Below are positions 13,041-22,961 of a stretch of DNA of 64,000 bases, piece by piece. A program made the position numbers and the translations under genes. Positions within the stretch are counted from its first letter, which is position 1, and every line of letters starts with the position of its first letter. A model generated the notes under the pieces. The model made no database searches and was not told the origin of the DNA. It worked only from the letters and a program-made list of their open reading frames with translations. Source of the DNA: Obrimoposthia wandeli (taxonomy: Eukaryota); contig CDROCS010000998.1 of the NCBI GenBank assembly GCA_977020255.1, positions 1-64,000 on the forward strand, given 5' to 3'.

Positions 13041-14315
13041 ATGACGATTAATATGTCGAACACCACGGAAAAAGAACATAAATGCACGCCCGTGTATATT
13101 CATGGCTGTGGGTTTCATTCTGCGCTAGGCAAAAATGCAGAAGAAATACATTCACGCCTACAGCAAGGAGCTTCACCCGATATGCTGCCCGTAACAGGCT
13201 GGTTGAATGATGGGGCTGATACGGTTATCGGTAAAATACACGACCCACTGCCCGCTGTACCAGCACGTTGCCAACAACAAGGTTCCTTTAATAACCGCCT
13301 TGCACTATCAGCCTTACAGCAAATCACAGCCCCCATTGAACATGCGATTAACCAATACGGTAAAGAACGTCTAGCCGTCATCATTGGCACCAGCACTTCT
13401 GGTATTTCAGATGGCGAGCAAGCTCTAAGCAAGCAAATGAATGACGGTGATTTTCCTACTGATTATCATTACTACCAACAAGAAATTGGTAATCCAGCTG
13501 AATTTGTTGCTGATTATTTCGGGCTAGAAGGGCCAACCTATACCATTTCAACGGCTTGTTCTTCAAGCGGTAGGGTTTTTCTGACAGCGAAACGATTATT
13601 AAAAATGGGCATTGTTGATGCTGTTATCGTCGGTGGGGTCGATTCTCTTTGTAAGCTAACCTTAAATGGTTTCCACGGTTTAGACGCACTTTCAAGCACC
13701 TTATGTAACCCTTTTAGCAAAAACCGTAATGGCATTAATATTGGTGAAGCGGCCGCATTCATGTTGTTAGCCTTAACACCAGAACCTGACGCATTGCATC
13801 GAGATAAAGCAGATTCAAGTCGATCTAACGCGAAACAGCAGATCGCTTTGCTAGGTGTCGGTGATAGCTCTGACGCCCACCACATATCGGCGCCACACCC
13901 AGAAGGTAACGGCGCAGAAGAAGCGATGCGCAAAGCACTGGATGATGCAGGGCTAACCCCAGAAGACATTGGCTACATCAATGCCCACGGTACAGCAACC
14001 CCCTTGAATGATGAGATGGAAGCAAAGGCGATTCATCGTGTCTTTGGTGGAAAAACGCCAGTAAGCTCAACGAAACCGTTTCTAAGCCATACTCTAGGGG
14101 CAGCAGGTGCTGTAGAAGCTGCTATTTGTTGGCACATACTGCATTATGGCATTGACCTTCCAGCACAAATAAATGATGGTGAAATAGCAGACAGCCTTGC
14201 ACCCATTACGTTAGTTAAACCGAATACGAAACTTGTTCAGCCCGCGATTCTAAGTAATTCATTTGCCTTTGGTGGCAATAACATCAGCCTGATATTTGGG
14301 TACACACATGTCTAA
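13041..14315 (+). CDS. Beta-ketoacyl-ACP synthase
   Basis: STACSSS (catalytic Cys), NAHGTAT, SHTLGAAG, SNSFAFGG. Confidence 0.92.
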   Translation: MTINMSNTTEKEHKCTPVYIHGCGFHSALGKNAEEIHSRLQQGASPDMLPVTGWLNDGADTVIGKIHDPLPAVPARCQQQGSFNNRLALSALQQITAPIEHAINQYGKERLAVIIGTSTSGISDGEQALSKQMNDGDFPTDYHYYQQEIGNPAEFVADYFGLEGPTYTISTACSSSGRVFLTAKRLLKMGIVDAVIVGGVDSLCKLTLNGFHGLDALSSTLCNPFSKNRNGINIGEAAAFMLLALTPEPDALHRDKADSSRSNAKQQIALLGVGDSSDAHHISAPHPEGNGAEEAMRKALDDAGLTPEDIGYINAHGTATPLNDEMEAKAIHRVFGGKTPVSSTKPFLSHTLGAAGAVEAAICWHILHYGIDLPAQINDGEIADSLAPITLVKPNTKLVQPAILSNSFAFGGNNISLIFGYTHV

Positions 14316-14787
14316 TATTCCGCATTTGCATCAACTTATTCCTCATGACACACCAATGGTGCTGGTTGATGAGCTTATCGACGTAGGTGAAGAGCATGTT
14401 CATTGTCGAGTGAGTATCAACGAAAATTGTATTTTTTTCGATGCTGAAACCCGTAGTATTCCTGGGCATGTCGGCATTGAATTTATGGCTCAATCTGTTG
14501 CGGGTTGGGCGGGTTATCATGCTTGGAAACAAGGCAAACCTTCACCCATTGGTTTTTTACTCGGTTGTCGCCGCTACCAAACAGAATGCAGCGCTTTTAA
14601 TGAAGGCGACTTACTCGACATTTATGCCGATCGCCTAATGGAAAATAATGGAATGGCCGTTTTCACTTGCCGCATTGAACACCAAGGCACAGTGTTAGCC
14701 ACTTGCCAATTAAATGCATTTGTACCATCACCAGAAAAATTAGATCAAATGATCGGTAACTCTCAAGAAAATAGGAATCCTTCATGA
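14296..14787 (+). CDS. Hotdog-fold dehydratase (ApeP-like)
   Basis: LIPHDTPMVLVD...GIEFMAQSVA...GFLLGCR. Confidence 0.85.
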   Translation: MGTHMSNIPHLHQLIPHDTPMVLVDELIDVGEEHVHCRVSINENCIFFDAETRSIPGHVGIEFMAQSVAGWAGYHAWKQGKPSPIGFLLGCRRYQTECSAFNEGDLLDIYADRLMENNGMAVFTCRIEHQGTVLATCQLNAFVPSPEKLDQMIGNSQENRNPS

Positions 14788-15508
14788 CCCGACAGGTATT
14801 AGTAACAGGCGCGAGCAAAGGTATTGGACGTGCTATTGCTACACAGCTTGCTAAAGACGGTTTTACTGTCGTAGTGCATTACATGAGTGACAAACCTGGC
14901 GCAGAAGCAACATTAAGTGATATTCAGCACGCTGGCGGTTCGGGTCGTATCATTCAATTTGATATCGGTGATCGCGCTCAATGCCGTGAACAACTTGAAG
15001 CCGATATTGCTGCGTATGGCGCTTACTATGGTGTCGTCAGTAACATGGCATTACCCGTGATACCTCATTCCCAGCGATGACAGAAGAAGAATGGGATGGC
15101 GTTATTCATACCAATCTCGACAGCTTTTATAACGTACTTCACCCTTGCGTTATGCCAATGGTACAGAAACGTAAAGGTGGCCGCATTATTACATTAGCCT
15201 CTGTTTCTGGCATTATAGGTAACCGTGGTCAAACCAACTATAGCGCAGCAAAAGCAGGCGTTATTGGTGCAACCAAATCGTTAGCACTAGAGCTGGCTAA
15301 GCGGAAAATCACGGTGAACTGTGTCGCACCAGGCTTAATCGATACAGGTATGGTTGATGACCATGTTAAAGAACATGCCTTACCGCAAGTGCCATTGCGC
15401 CGTATGGGTGAACCTGAAGAAGTCGCGGGTCTTGTTAGTTACTTAATGTCTGATATCGCGGCGTATGTGACACGCCAAGTAATTTCGGTTAATGGAGGAT
15501 TAATATGA
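14784..15508 (+). CDS. 3-oxoacyl-ACP reductase, FabG-like (one frameshift at ~15045)
   Basis: VTGASKGIG; NYSAAK (YxxxK); NCVAPGLIDT. Confidence 0.88.
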
Positions 15509-16740
15509 TCCGTCGCGTTGTTGTAATAAGGTATGTCTGGCGTAACCGCTTTAGGAAATGACTGGCAGGCCATCGAGCCTAAATTACGAACTTGTGAAAA
15601 TGCGACCCAGTATATGGTCGATTATGAACAATATGATGGCTTAAATACCAAGCTCGCCGCGCCTATTCACGGCTTTTCACTGCCAAAGCATTACACCCGA
15701 AAGAAAATTCGTTCGATGGGTCGAGTATCAAAACTCTCAACCTTAGCGACAGAGAATGCACTAATACAAAGTGGGTTGCTCGATAACGACGTGCTAACTA
15801 ACGGTGAAAGCCATTATTGCTTACGGCTCTTCAATAGAGTAGCACTCCTGCTATTGGTGCCTTTGGTGTCATGCTCAATGAAAAGAGCACCAGAGCCATC
15901 ACAGCAACAACGTATGTACAAATGATGCCCCATACAACCGCGGTTAACGTCGGTTTATTCTTTGGCTTTCGTGGTCGTGTTATTCCAACTAGTAGCGCAT
16001 GTACGTCTGGCAGCCAAGCTATCGGTTATGCCTATGAAGCGATAAAGCACGGCTACCAAACTGTCATGATTGCAGGCGGCGCTGAAGAGTTATGCCCAAC
16101 AGAGTCGGCGGTTTTTGATACTTTGTTCGCGACTAGCCTTAAGAATGATGCCCCTAAAACGACCCCTCGCCCTTACGATACCGATCGCGATGGTTTAGTG
16201 ATTGGTGAAGGTGCAGGTACATTAATACTAGAAGAATACGAACACGCTATTGCGCGTGGCGCCAAAATTTATGCAGAACTGGTTGGCTTCGCCAGTAACT
16301 GCGATGCGGCACATATTACTCAGCCACAACAAGAAACCATGCAAATTTGTATGGAAATAGCGCTAAAAAATGCGAATTTGTCGGCAGAATCTATCGACTA
16401 CATTTCTGCACATGGCACAGCGACAGAAAAAGGTGATATTGCAGAAAGTAATGCAACAGCCAACATCTTTGGCGATAAAGCACCGATTAGCTCATTAAAA
16501 AGCTATTTTGGTCATACTCTTGGTGCCTGTGGTGCCATTGAAGCATGGTTAAGTTTAGAAATGATGCACACGGGCTGGTTTAGCCCAACATTGAACCTTG
16601 ATAACGTTGATGAACGTTGCGGTGCATTAGATTATATTCGCGGTGATGGACGCAACATTGATTGCCAATATATTATGAGCAATAACTTTGCTTTCGGTGG
16701 TATCAATACATCATTGATATTTAAACGCTGGCAAGATTAG
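15505..16740 (+). CDS. Beta-ketoacyl-ACP synthase, FabF-like (frameshifts at ~15520 and ~15810-15835)
   Basis: MIRRVVV start; SSACTSGS, SAHGTAT, GHTLGACG, SNNFAFGG. Confidence 0.88.
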
Positions 16741-16817
16741 TAGACGATAGCCATTGAGCTAAATCGTTTAGTGTCGTTCGGTTAAGGATCAGTTGAACGA
16801 TCCTATGGGGCCGACAT

Positions 16818-16850
16818 AATCCGGGATCAGTTAATGATTCCGGATTTTTT
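16818..16850 (+). terminator. Intrinsic terminator after the APE operon
   Basis: AATCCGGGATC-7nt-GATTCCGGATT followed by a T run. Confidence 0.7.
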
Positions 16851-17107
16851 ATGCAACTTTCAAATGCTCTTACCTCCGTTTCCCCTCAATAGCGGCTTTG
16901 TTGCAACACTAAAGCTTTGTGGTTGGAAAACGGATAATTTCATCGATATCCACTCAAGCCTTGAAGTATGGATTCTCAAAGAGATAAAAAGTGATACTTT
17001 ATACTGGCATCATCTTAAGGGATAAGAAACTTTCCGTTTCCTACCCATGGACGTTATGGGCTAAGATGGTTCATTATGCCCATGGCTTTTATATCTGTTA
17101 ATAAAGG

Positions 17108-17845
17108 TTAGAAGTAGTAGTTAGCTTGTAGCCACGCAACTGTGTCATCTTTATCCATATTCAGCTTAGTATTTTTAGCTGTATATTCCACTTTAGCACC
17201 CACACTCACTTTATCTGCAACCATAAAACCGCCACCTGCTTCAACTTGGGCAAGATTCGTATTGGCTTTACTCATGTGAGTTACTTTAGGATTCACATAT
17301 AACCAATGACCATCATCAAAGCTATACATTGCATATAGACCACCTTGAAATAAGGTGTCCGTTTCTTTTGTATCAATACCCAGAGTATCTGCATCAATAC
17401 GGGTATAACCAAGGCTTGCCATTGGGAACACACTGATATTATCAGTGACCTGAAATTTATAGATTAAACCTGCCAGGACGGCATTAGATGTAGATTTATC
17501 ACCGCTTTCATAGTTTGTTGCACTTCCTAACACATCAACAGAATAACCAAGGCCATCAGTAACATGGAAGTAGCGACCACGGTAGTTCACATCACCGCCT
17601 TTACCCTTGTCATCCGTTTTATTTTTCACACCAAGATCCAGTGAAAAAATATTTGAATCAACACCATACATACCGTTTAACTGAGTGTGGTCTTTAGACG
17701 CACTAACACCTAAAGTTGAAAAAGATGCGGTAGGGTCCCCGTAATTAATATCTTCTTTAACTTGCTCTTGGGCTGCTACATTAGCCGCAGAAACATTGAA
17801 AGAAAGTACAGCAACGGTTGCGATAGCTAATATTGACTGTTTCAT
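17108..17845 (-). CDS. Putative outer-membrane beta-barrel protein
   Basis: Sec signal MKQSILAIATVAVLSFNVSA, amphipathic strands, C-terminal ...QANYYF. Confidence 0.6.
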   Translation of the reverse strand: MKQSILAIATVAVLSFNVSAANVAAQEQVKEDINYGDPTASFSTLGVSASKDHTQLNGMYGVDSNIFSLDLGVKNKTDDKGKGGDVNYRGRYFHVTDGLGYSVDVLGSATNYESGDKSTSNAVLAGLIYKFQVTDNISVFPMASLGYTRIDADTLGIDTKETDTLFQGGLYAMYSFDDGHWLYVNPKVTHMSKANTNLAQVEAGGGFMVADKVSVGAKVEYTAKNTKLNMDKDDTVAWLQANYYF

Positions 17846-17980
17846 GATGGTTAATCCTTTTAATTCAGATGAAGACACTTAAACGAAGGTATTAGCGCTA
17901 TAAGTTAGAAATATTGTTAATGTCTAAAAATGTATAATTGCTTCAACAAAGCCCTAAGCAGTCGGATTGCTTATCCTAAT

Positions 17981-19111
17981 TTACTTAAAACAAACCTTGG
18001 AATATCCAGAGAAATTAGGGTTATCACCTGACACATAAGCACAGCCTCCGACGGTATCGAAGATCATTGCTTCAACAGTGACAAAGTCTTTACCTTTGTA
18101 TTTGGTCATGTTGATAGGTCGCTGACTAAATAACCACTGCATAGACTCAACGGTTAGTTCTGGCGAATAATCAAGGAAATTTTCTGCGGCAACTTCACGA
18201 GAGAAGGTACTAAAAAATGCAGCATTGGCATCTATTGCTGAATGTTCAGCAAGAAAACCCTGCTTAAATTCAGCAGTGTGATTAGCATGAACAGATCCAC
18301 GCTCAGAATATTGAATCGCTTTTACACCATTTTCGACCGTAACTTCTATAGCAGCGTGATTCCCTTTATCATCCGCAACGGTGAAATTGAATGGGATGAT
18401 AGTGCGTACATCTTTGATAGTATTAAGGAAGGTATCTACACTCTTAGCTTGTGTTGCCGCTGCAAAAATAGCGTCCACCGTAACTAAATTTTTGTGGTCA
18501 ATACCGTCGATTCCTGCGGGGGCACCCATAAAATTAATAACAATGCCGACATGTTTACCCATGCCTTGAAAATGTGCTCCATCAGCAACAACGAAAATGG
18601 AGTCATCCGTTTTTACGACCGTAGTGTGATCGGTCAAGCTAGTGGCTAAGCTTAAGTCATTGGTTTGACCAACAATGCCGTTATTAAAGGCAATAGAAGT
18701 ACACCCCTTAATGGCTTCTACTTCTTGTTTTTCCTGCATGCTGCTTTTAACTGCCTGATTCACGCTATAATCAACTTGCGATACCGAAGCAAAAAGCTCA
18801 GCCACATCAATACCTCTGATCTTGGCTGAAGCCTCCATCATCGCAACATAACCAGGTGCAATTTCCCGATTGTTCTCAACGGCATGTTTAGCTGCTTTTA
18901 AAACATCTTCAGAAAATTCGCCTAAAGGTTGTTTAGCCATGAATTGTGCTAATGAAACCTGATCTTGGCCGCTCATATCTTTGATGATGGCGCCATTTTG
19001 TACGGCTTCTCGTTCAGCATTAAAAAAAGGTAAGTCATCACCTGCGACAGGTATATTTGCGAATACTGAAAATGATGCGGTTAAAGTCAGTGCAATAATG
19101 GTCTTTTTCAT
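17981..19111 (-). CDS. Secreted Ntn-hydrolase, C45/choloylglycine-hydrolase-like
   Basis: Signal peptide MKKTIIAL...; G|CTS autoprocessing site followed by GQTNDL; NFTVAD, HANH motifs. Confidence 0.7.
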   Translation of the reverse strand: MKKTIIALTLTASFSVFANIPVAGDDLPFFNAEREAVQNGAIIKDMSGQDQVSLAQFMAKQPLGEFSEDVLKAAKHAVENNREIAPGYVAMMEASAKIRGIDVAELFASVSQVDYSVNQAVKSSMQEKQEVEAIKGCTSIAFNNGIVGQTNDLSLATSLTDHTTVVKTDDSIFVVADGAHFQGMGKHVGIVINFMGAPAGIDGIDHKNLVTVDAIFAAATQAKSVDTFLNTIKDVRTIIPFNFTVADDKGNHAAIEVTVENGVKAIQYSERGSVHANHTAEFKQGFLAEHSAIDANAAFFSTFSREVAAENFLDYSPELTVESMQWLFSQRPINMTKYKGKDFVTVEAMIFDTVGGCAYVSGDNPNFSGYSKVCFK

Positions 19112-19213
19112 AATAACCTCGAATAGCTTGCTGTTAATATTGAGAACGAATGTATTATTGACCATATTTTCAATATCATTTAAGAGGTTTCCTATGGTAA
19201 TAGCAGAGGGTTT

Positions 19214-20095
19214 ATGATTAAGCTTGAGTTACTGAAAAGCTTTATCGCTGCAGCAGACACTGGATCTTTTAGTGCAGCAGCGAGGGGGCTCGGCAAGCAC
19301 CTTTCGACTGTCAGTGGCAACATTGCGCGCTTGGAGGATGAACTGGGTGTTGTGCTATTTGATAGAAAAGGAAAGTATCCAGAAGTTACAGCTGAAGGGT
19401 TGAATCTTTACGATAGCGCAAAGATTGTCGTAGATAGTGCAGAGCGTTTTAGTAATAATGCATTACAGCTTTCAATGGGTGTGCCAGCTAAGCTGACACT
19501 TGCGTTAGATCAAGATATTAACGTTGACCATGTGCTCGCTTCTTTGCCAGAATTTCAAAAAAAATGGCCTCACCTGCGATTAACGGTGGTTAATTTAAGC
19601 TCGCAGGATATTTTTGAAGGTGTTAAACAAGGAACCATTGATCTCGCCTTATCCCAATCTCTTGAAGGACAAAGTAGCTTTTATGAATTCATGGCTATTG
19701 GTCATAGCAATGCCAAAATAGTTGTGGGGAAGGGACATCCGCTAGCACGAAAACGTCATATTTCAAATGATCAATTAGCAATGGTAACCCAAATATTATC
19801 AAACTCGCTGCAAAACCAACCGAATATGATGGAGATATCGAGGATGTCTCCTTATGTATGGTTTGCGCAGGGCTATCATGGTGTGGTTGATATGGTGAGA
19901 AATAATTTAGGCTGGTCGCTATTAATGTGTGGCAATATGCCTCTACCTGAAGGGGTTGCAGAGCTAGATGCAGAGTTCGCAAAAACAGAATTTTTTATTC
20001 AATACGATGCGATTTGGCCTAAAAACAGATCACTAAGAGATGTGGACCTTTATTTTATTGAAGCGTTTAAGACTCTGTTGAAATCGACAGTGTAA
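19214..20095 (+). CDS. LysR-family transcriptional regulator
   Basis: GSFSAAARGLG...STVSGNIARLEDELGVVLFDR HTH; divergent from the C45 gene. Confidence 0.93.
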   Translation: MIKLELLKSFIAAADTGSFSAAARGLGKHLSTVSGNIARLEDELGVVLFDRKGKYPEVTAEGLNLYDSAKIVVDSAERFSNNALQLSMGVPAKLTLALDQDINVDHVLASLPEFQKKWPHLRLTVVNLSSQDIFEGVKQGTIDLALSQSLEGQSSFYEFMAIGHSNAKIVVGKGHPLARKRHISNDQLAMVTQILSNSLQNQPNMMEISRMSPYVWFAQGYHGVVDMVRNNLGWSLLMCGNMPLPEGVAELDAEFAKTEFFIQYDAIWPKNRSLRDVDLYFIEAFKTLLKSTV

Positions 20096-20280
20096 GATTT
20101 TAATGTCAACCGATAGTGCCAAGGACAAAGCAACCTCAGCATTTCAACAAAACCCTAGAGTATGGAAGTGTTCAAAATAGATATCTCACTAGAAAAAACA
20201 ATGCCACTCACGTTAAGTGAACGACATTAAGCCAAGGGTTCTCTTTTTTATGAAAAAAGTATCCGTTAAAAACAGATTAA

Positions 20281-22287
20281 CTAAGAGGCTGCATCCAATT
20301 TAAATGCCGTCACTTCATGCACTAATTCAGCCATACGTTGTTGAACAATATCCATTTCAGCATGAATACTAACAATCGTTTGATTAGTGCTTTGCGCCAT
20401 TTCTAATAAATTATCAACATCGGCATCAACAGTGTTTGTTGTTTGCGATTGTTGCTCAGACGCTGTAGCAATGCTGGTATTAAACTCAGCAATTTCATTT
20501 ACTGTACCAATCAACGCTTCCATTAGTGTTTTTGTTTCTGATACAACACTTTGAGTTTCATAACTCGCTTCACGGCTTTGCTGCATATTCACAAATGATA
20601 CTTTAGCATTCTCACTGATACCATCTAGCAAGTGTCGTATATCTTCTGTTGATTGCTTACTACGCTGCGCCAATGTTCGCACTTCATCTGCCACTACAGC
20701 AAAACCTCGACCTTGCTCACCTGCACGGGCAGCTTCAATTGCAGCATTCAAGGCAAGCAAGTTCGTCTGCTCAGAAATTGCATTAATCGTATCAAGGATC
20801 TGCGATACGTTAACCATCTGCTTTTCTAGCCCTTCAATGCACTCATAAGTTTGATTAACACTATCAAGCAAACGTGTGGTGGTAACAAAAGATTGTTCAC
20901 CATGATCATAACAAGCCATCGCGTTGGTTTTCACCAAATCAGTGCTCGTTTGTGCTTCATCCGTAATGCCTGCAACTTGATCACTCGTTTGCGCCATTTC
21001 AGTCATCGCAGCGGCAATACTGTCACAACGTTGATGGGTCTGCTCACTCACCGTTCGCGCTTTATCAACCAAGGCGACCATGGCCACCATTTCCTGTTGA
21101 GTCTGACTCGCAACACGTAGTGACTTTGCTAAAGTGCCACTCAAACTAATAGCAAGACCATCAAAATGACGAGCGATTTCCCCTAATTCATCATTTTGGT
21201 TATCAGATAAACGTACGGTGAGATCTTTATTTCTAGCCATCATATCCAGCTTTTGCGTAAAGCCAGATACACGATGACGCAGCTTTATAACAGACTGCAT
21301 AGTTAGCAAGATCAAAGGCAAAATCGCCAAAACACTTAAGCAGATATACAGTAATCGAACAAAACTCGCATTGTTTCGATTAGCTTGAGCTTGTAATAAA
21401 ATATCAGCAGTCAAACTATCGCGTAATCCTTTGACTAAACCAATGCGTTGAGTGGCTAAATCAAACCATACAGAAGCTGTCGGACCTTGAATGGATGACA
21501 AAGTATTTTTCTGAGATAAATATTGCTGTTGAATCGTCATCACTTGCTGCCAAGTATTGGTTTGTGTTGTTTCGCTAATACGGCGTTTAGCATCACCTTC
21601 CAATAACATGTTAGCTTGACGTAGAGCGTAACGCTCGGCATCAATATAGCTACTGACTTGAGCATATTGGTCTAACGAAGAACGCTTACCTGTAAAAGCA
21701 CCGTTTAATGCACCACGGGCTTTGCCCGCTTGCTCTTTAACGACAAGCAAAGACAGCAGCCCTTGCAGTTCTTGTTTTAAATCACGGTTGCTAATTTGTG
21801 TCAGCAACATAGATAGGTTATCGAGCGATAAAGTATTCACATTTGAGTAATAAGCAAAGGGTGAATCAACAATGGCTAAACGATCCACTTGCGTACGAAT
21901 ATTTTGACGATTATCTAATTCATTCTGTACAGCACGCAACAAATCACGCACTAAAACCATATCAAGGCTTTCTGGTTTAAATTCAACTAAATTACGGTAA
22001 GCCTGATCTGCAACATTACGTTGATTATTTAATTTATCACGCTGCATCCCTTGCCCTTTAGCTGCGATAACGCCCGCAGTTAAACCACGCTCAACCGCAA
22101 ACTGATGAGCAACTTCATCGTAAAGGTTAAACAGCTCAATAGTTTCACTTGATACCTCTGCATTAACAAGTTGCTTATTTGCAGCATTAATTTGCATTCC
22201 AATAAAGAATAATAAGAAAGAGGTTGGAATGATAAAAACTAATAATATTGTCGTTCGAATTGTAATCGAGCGAAATGGATTAGGCAT
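20281..22287 (-). CDS. Methyl-accepting chemotaxis protein with NIT sensor domain
   Basis: [12 protein letters not shown] (NIT), [42 protein letters not shown]. Confidence 0.9.
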   Translation of the reverse strand: MPNPFRSITIRTTILLVFIIPTSFLLFFIGMQINAANKQLVNAEVSSETIELFNLYDEVAHQFAVERGLTAGVIAAKGQGMQRDKLNNQRNVADQAYRNLVEFKPESLDMVLVRDLLRAVQNELDNRQNIRTQVDRLAIVDSPFAYYSNVNTLSLDNLSMLLTQISNRDLKQELQGLLSLLVVKEQAGKARGALNGAFTGKRSSLDQYAQVSSYIDAERYALRQANMLLEGDAKRRISETTQTNTWQQVMTIQQQYLSQKNTLSSIQGPTASVWFDLATQRIGLVKGLRDSLTADILLQAQANRNNASFVRLLYICLSVLAILPLILLTMQSVIKLRHRVSGFTQKLDMMARNKDLTVRLSDNQNDELGEIARHFDGLAISLSGTLAKSLRVASQTQQEMVAMVALVDKARTVSEQTHQRCDSIAAAMTEMAQTSDQVAGITDEAQTSTDLVKTNAMACYDHGEQSFVTTTRLLDSVNQTYECIEGLEKQMVNVSQILDTINAISEQTNLLALNAAIEAARAGEQGRGFAVVADEVRTLAQRSKQSTEDIRHLLDGISENAKVSFVNMQQSREASYETQSVVSETKTLMEALIGTVNEIAEFNTSIATASEQQSQTTNTVDADVDNLLEMAQSTNQTIVSIHAEMDIVQQRMAELVHEVTAFKLDAAS

Positions 22288-22755
22288 GGTTAACCTTAAC
22301 TATAATGTGTATTAGATCTGCATAATTTATCAAATGATACTGCATATAAATACAATACCTCACAGGTATTTAAGGTAATAGTGACTCAGCGCAACAAGGG
22401 TCAATTTCTTGACTTTTAACGTCATTATTTAGCCTTAACATTACAGTTAGCGCCACAATGAAACACTCCCTAAGTGGTATTTACAGAAGCAAGGCGAATC
22501 ATTTATGGGTAAATATTCATAACGGGAATGTGACATACAAAGACAAGCCCGAGATTATTAACCGCCTCTAGCGATAACCTGATTAAGATAAACTAACTGT
22601 TAGAGGTAATGGTTATATACTCAAGCCATAGTTACCCACTGTTTTTGTGGATAAGAACTTTTAAACCTTTAAAAACATATAGATAACTATTTCAATGATA
22701 ATAACTATAATATTTATCAAAATTAAATTGAAATAATGAAAAACGCTTATTGAAT

Positions 22756-22912
22756 TGCAGCCACCCACGAGGTTTGGCAAATGAAACAGCCAGATAGTTA
22801 GCCCACAGCTTCCATTAACATTGGGAATAATACCTGTAGCCGCCCGCGAGGTTTGGCAAATGAAACCGCTAGGAATGACAAATCCCTATTTTTGCCATTC
22901 TGGGCGGTTTCA
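22756..22912. repeat. Mu-type transposase-binding end repeats (R1/R2/inverted R3) plus an outer degenerate copy
   Basis: 35-bp direct repeat at 22756-22790 and 22835-22869 (4 mismatches, both start TG); 22-bp inverted pair at 22861-22882 / 22891-22912 (TGAAACCGC...GAATG.CAAA). Confidence 0.75.
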
Positions 22913-22961
22913 GTGTGAGAGGTGTTTAATAAATGTAATTCTTAAACTCTTTAAACGCTGT

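Noticed and set aside
22756-22869. CRISPR array
   Set aside because: Only two 35-bp repeats, explained by Mu end architecture; no cas genes.
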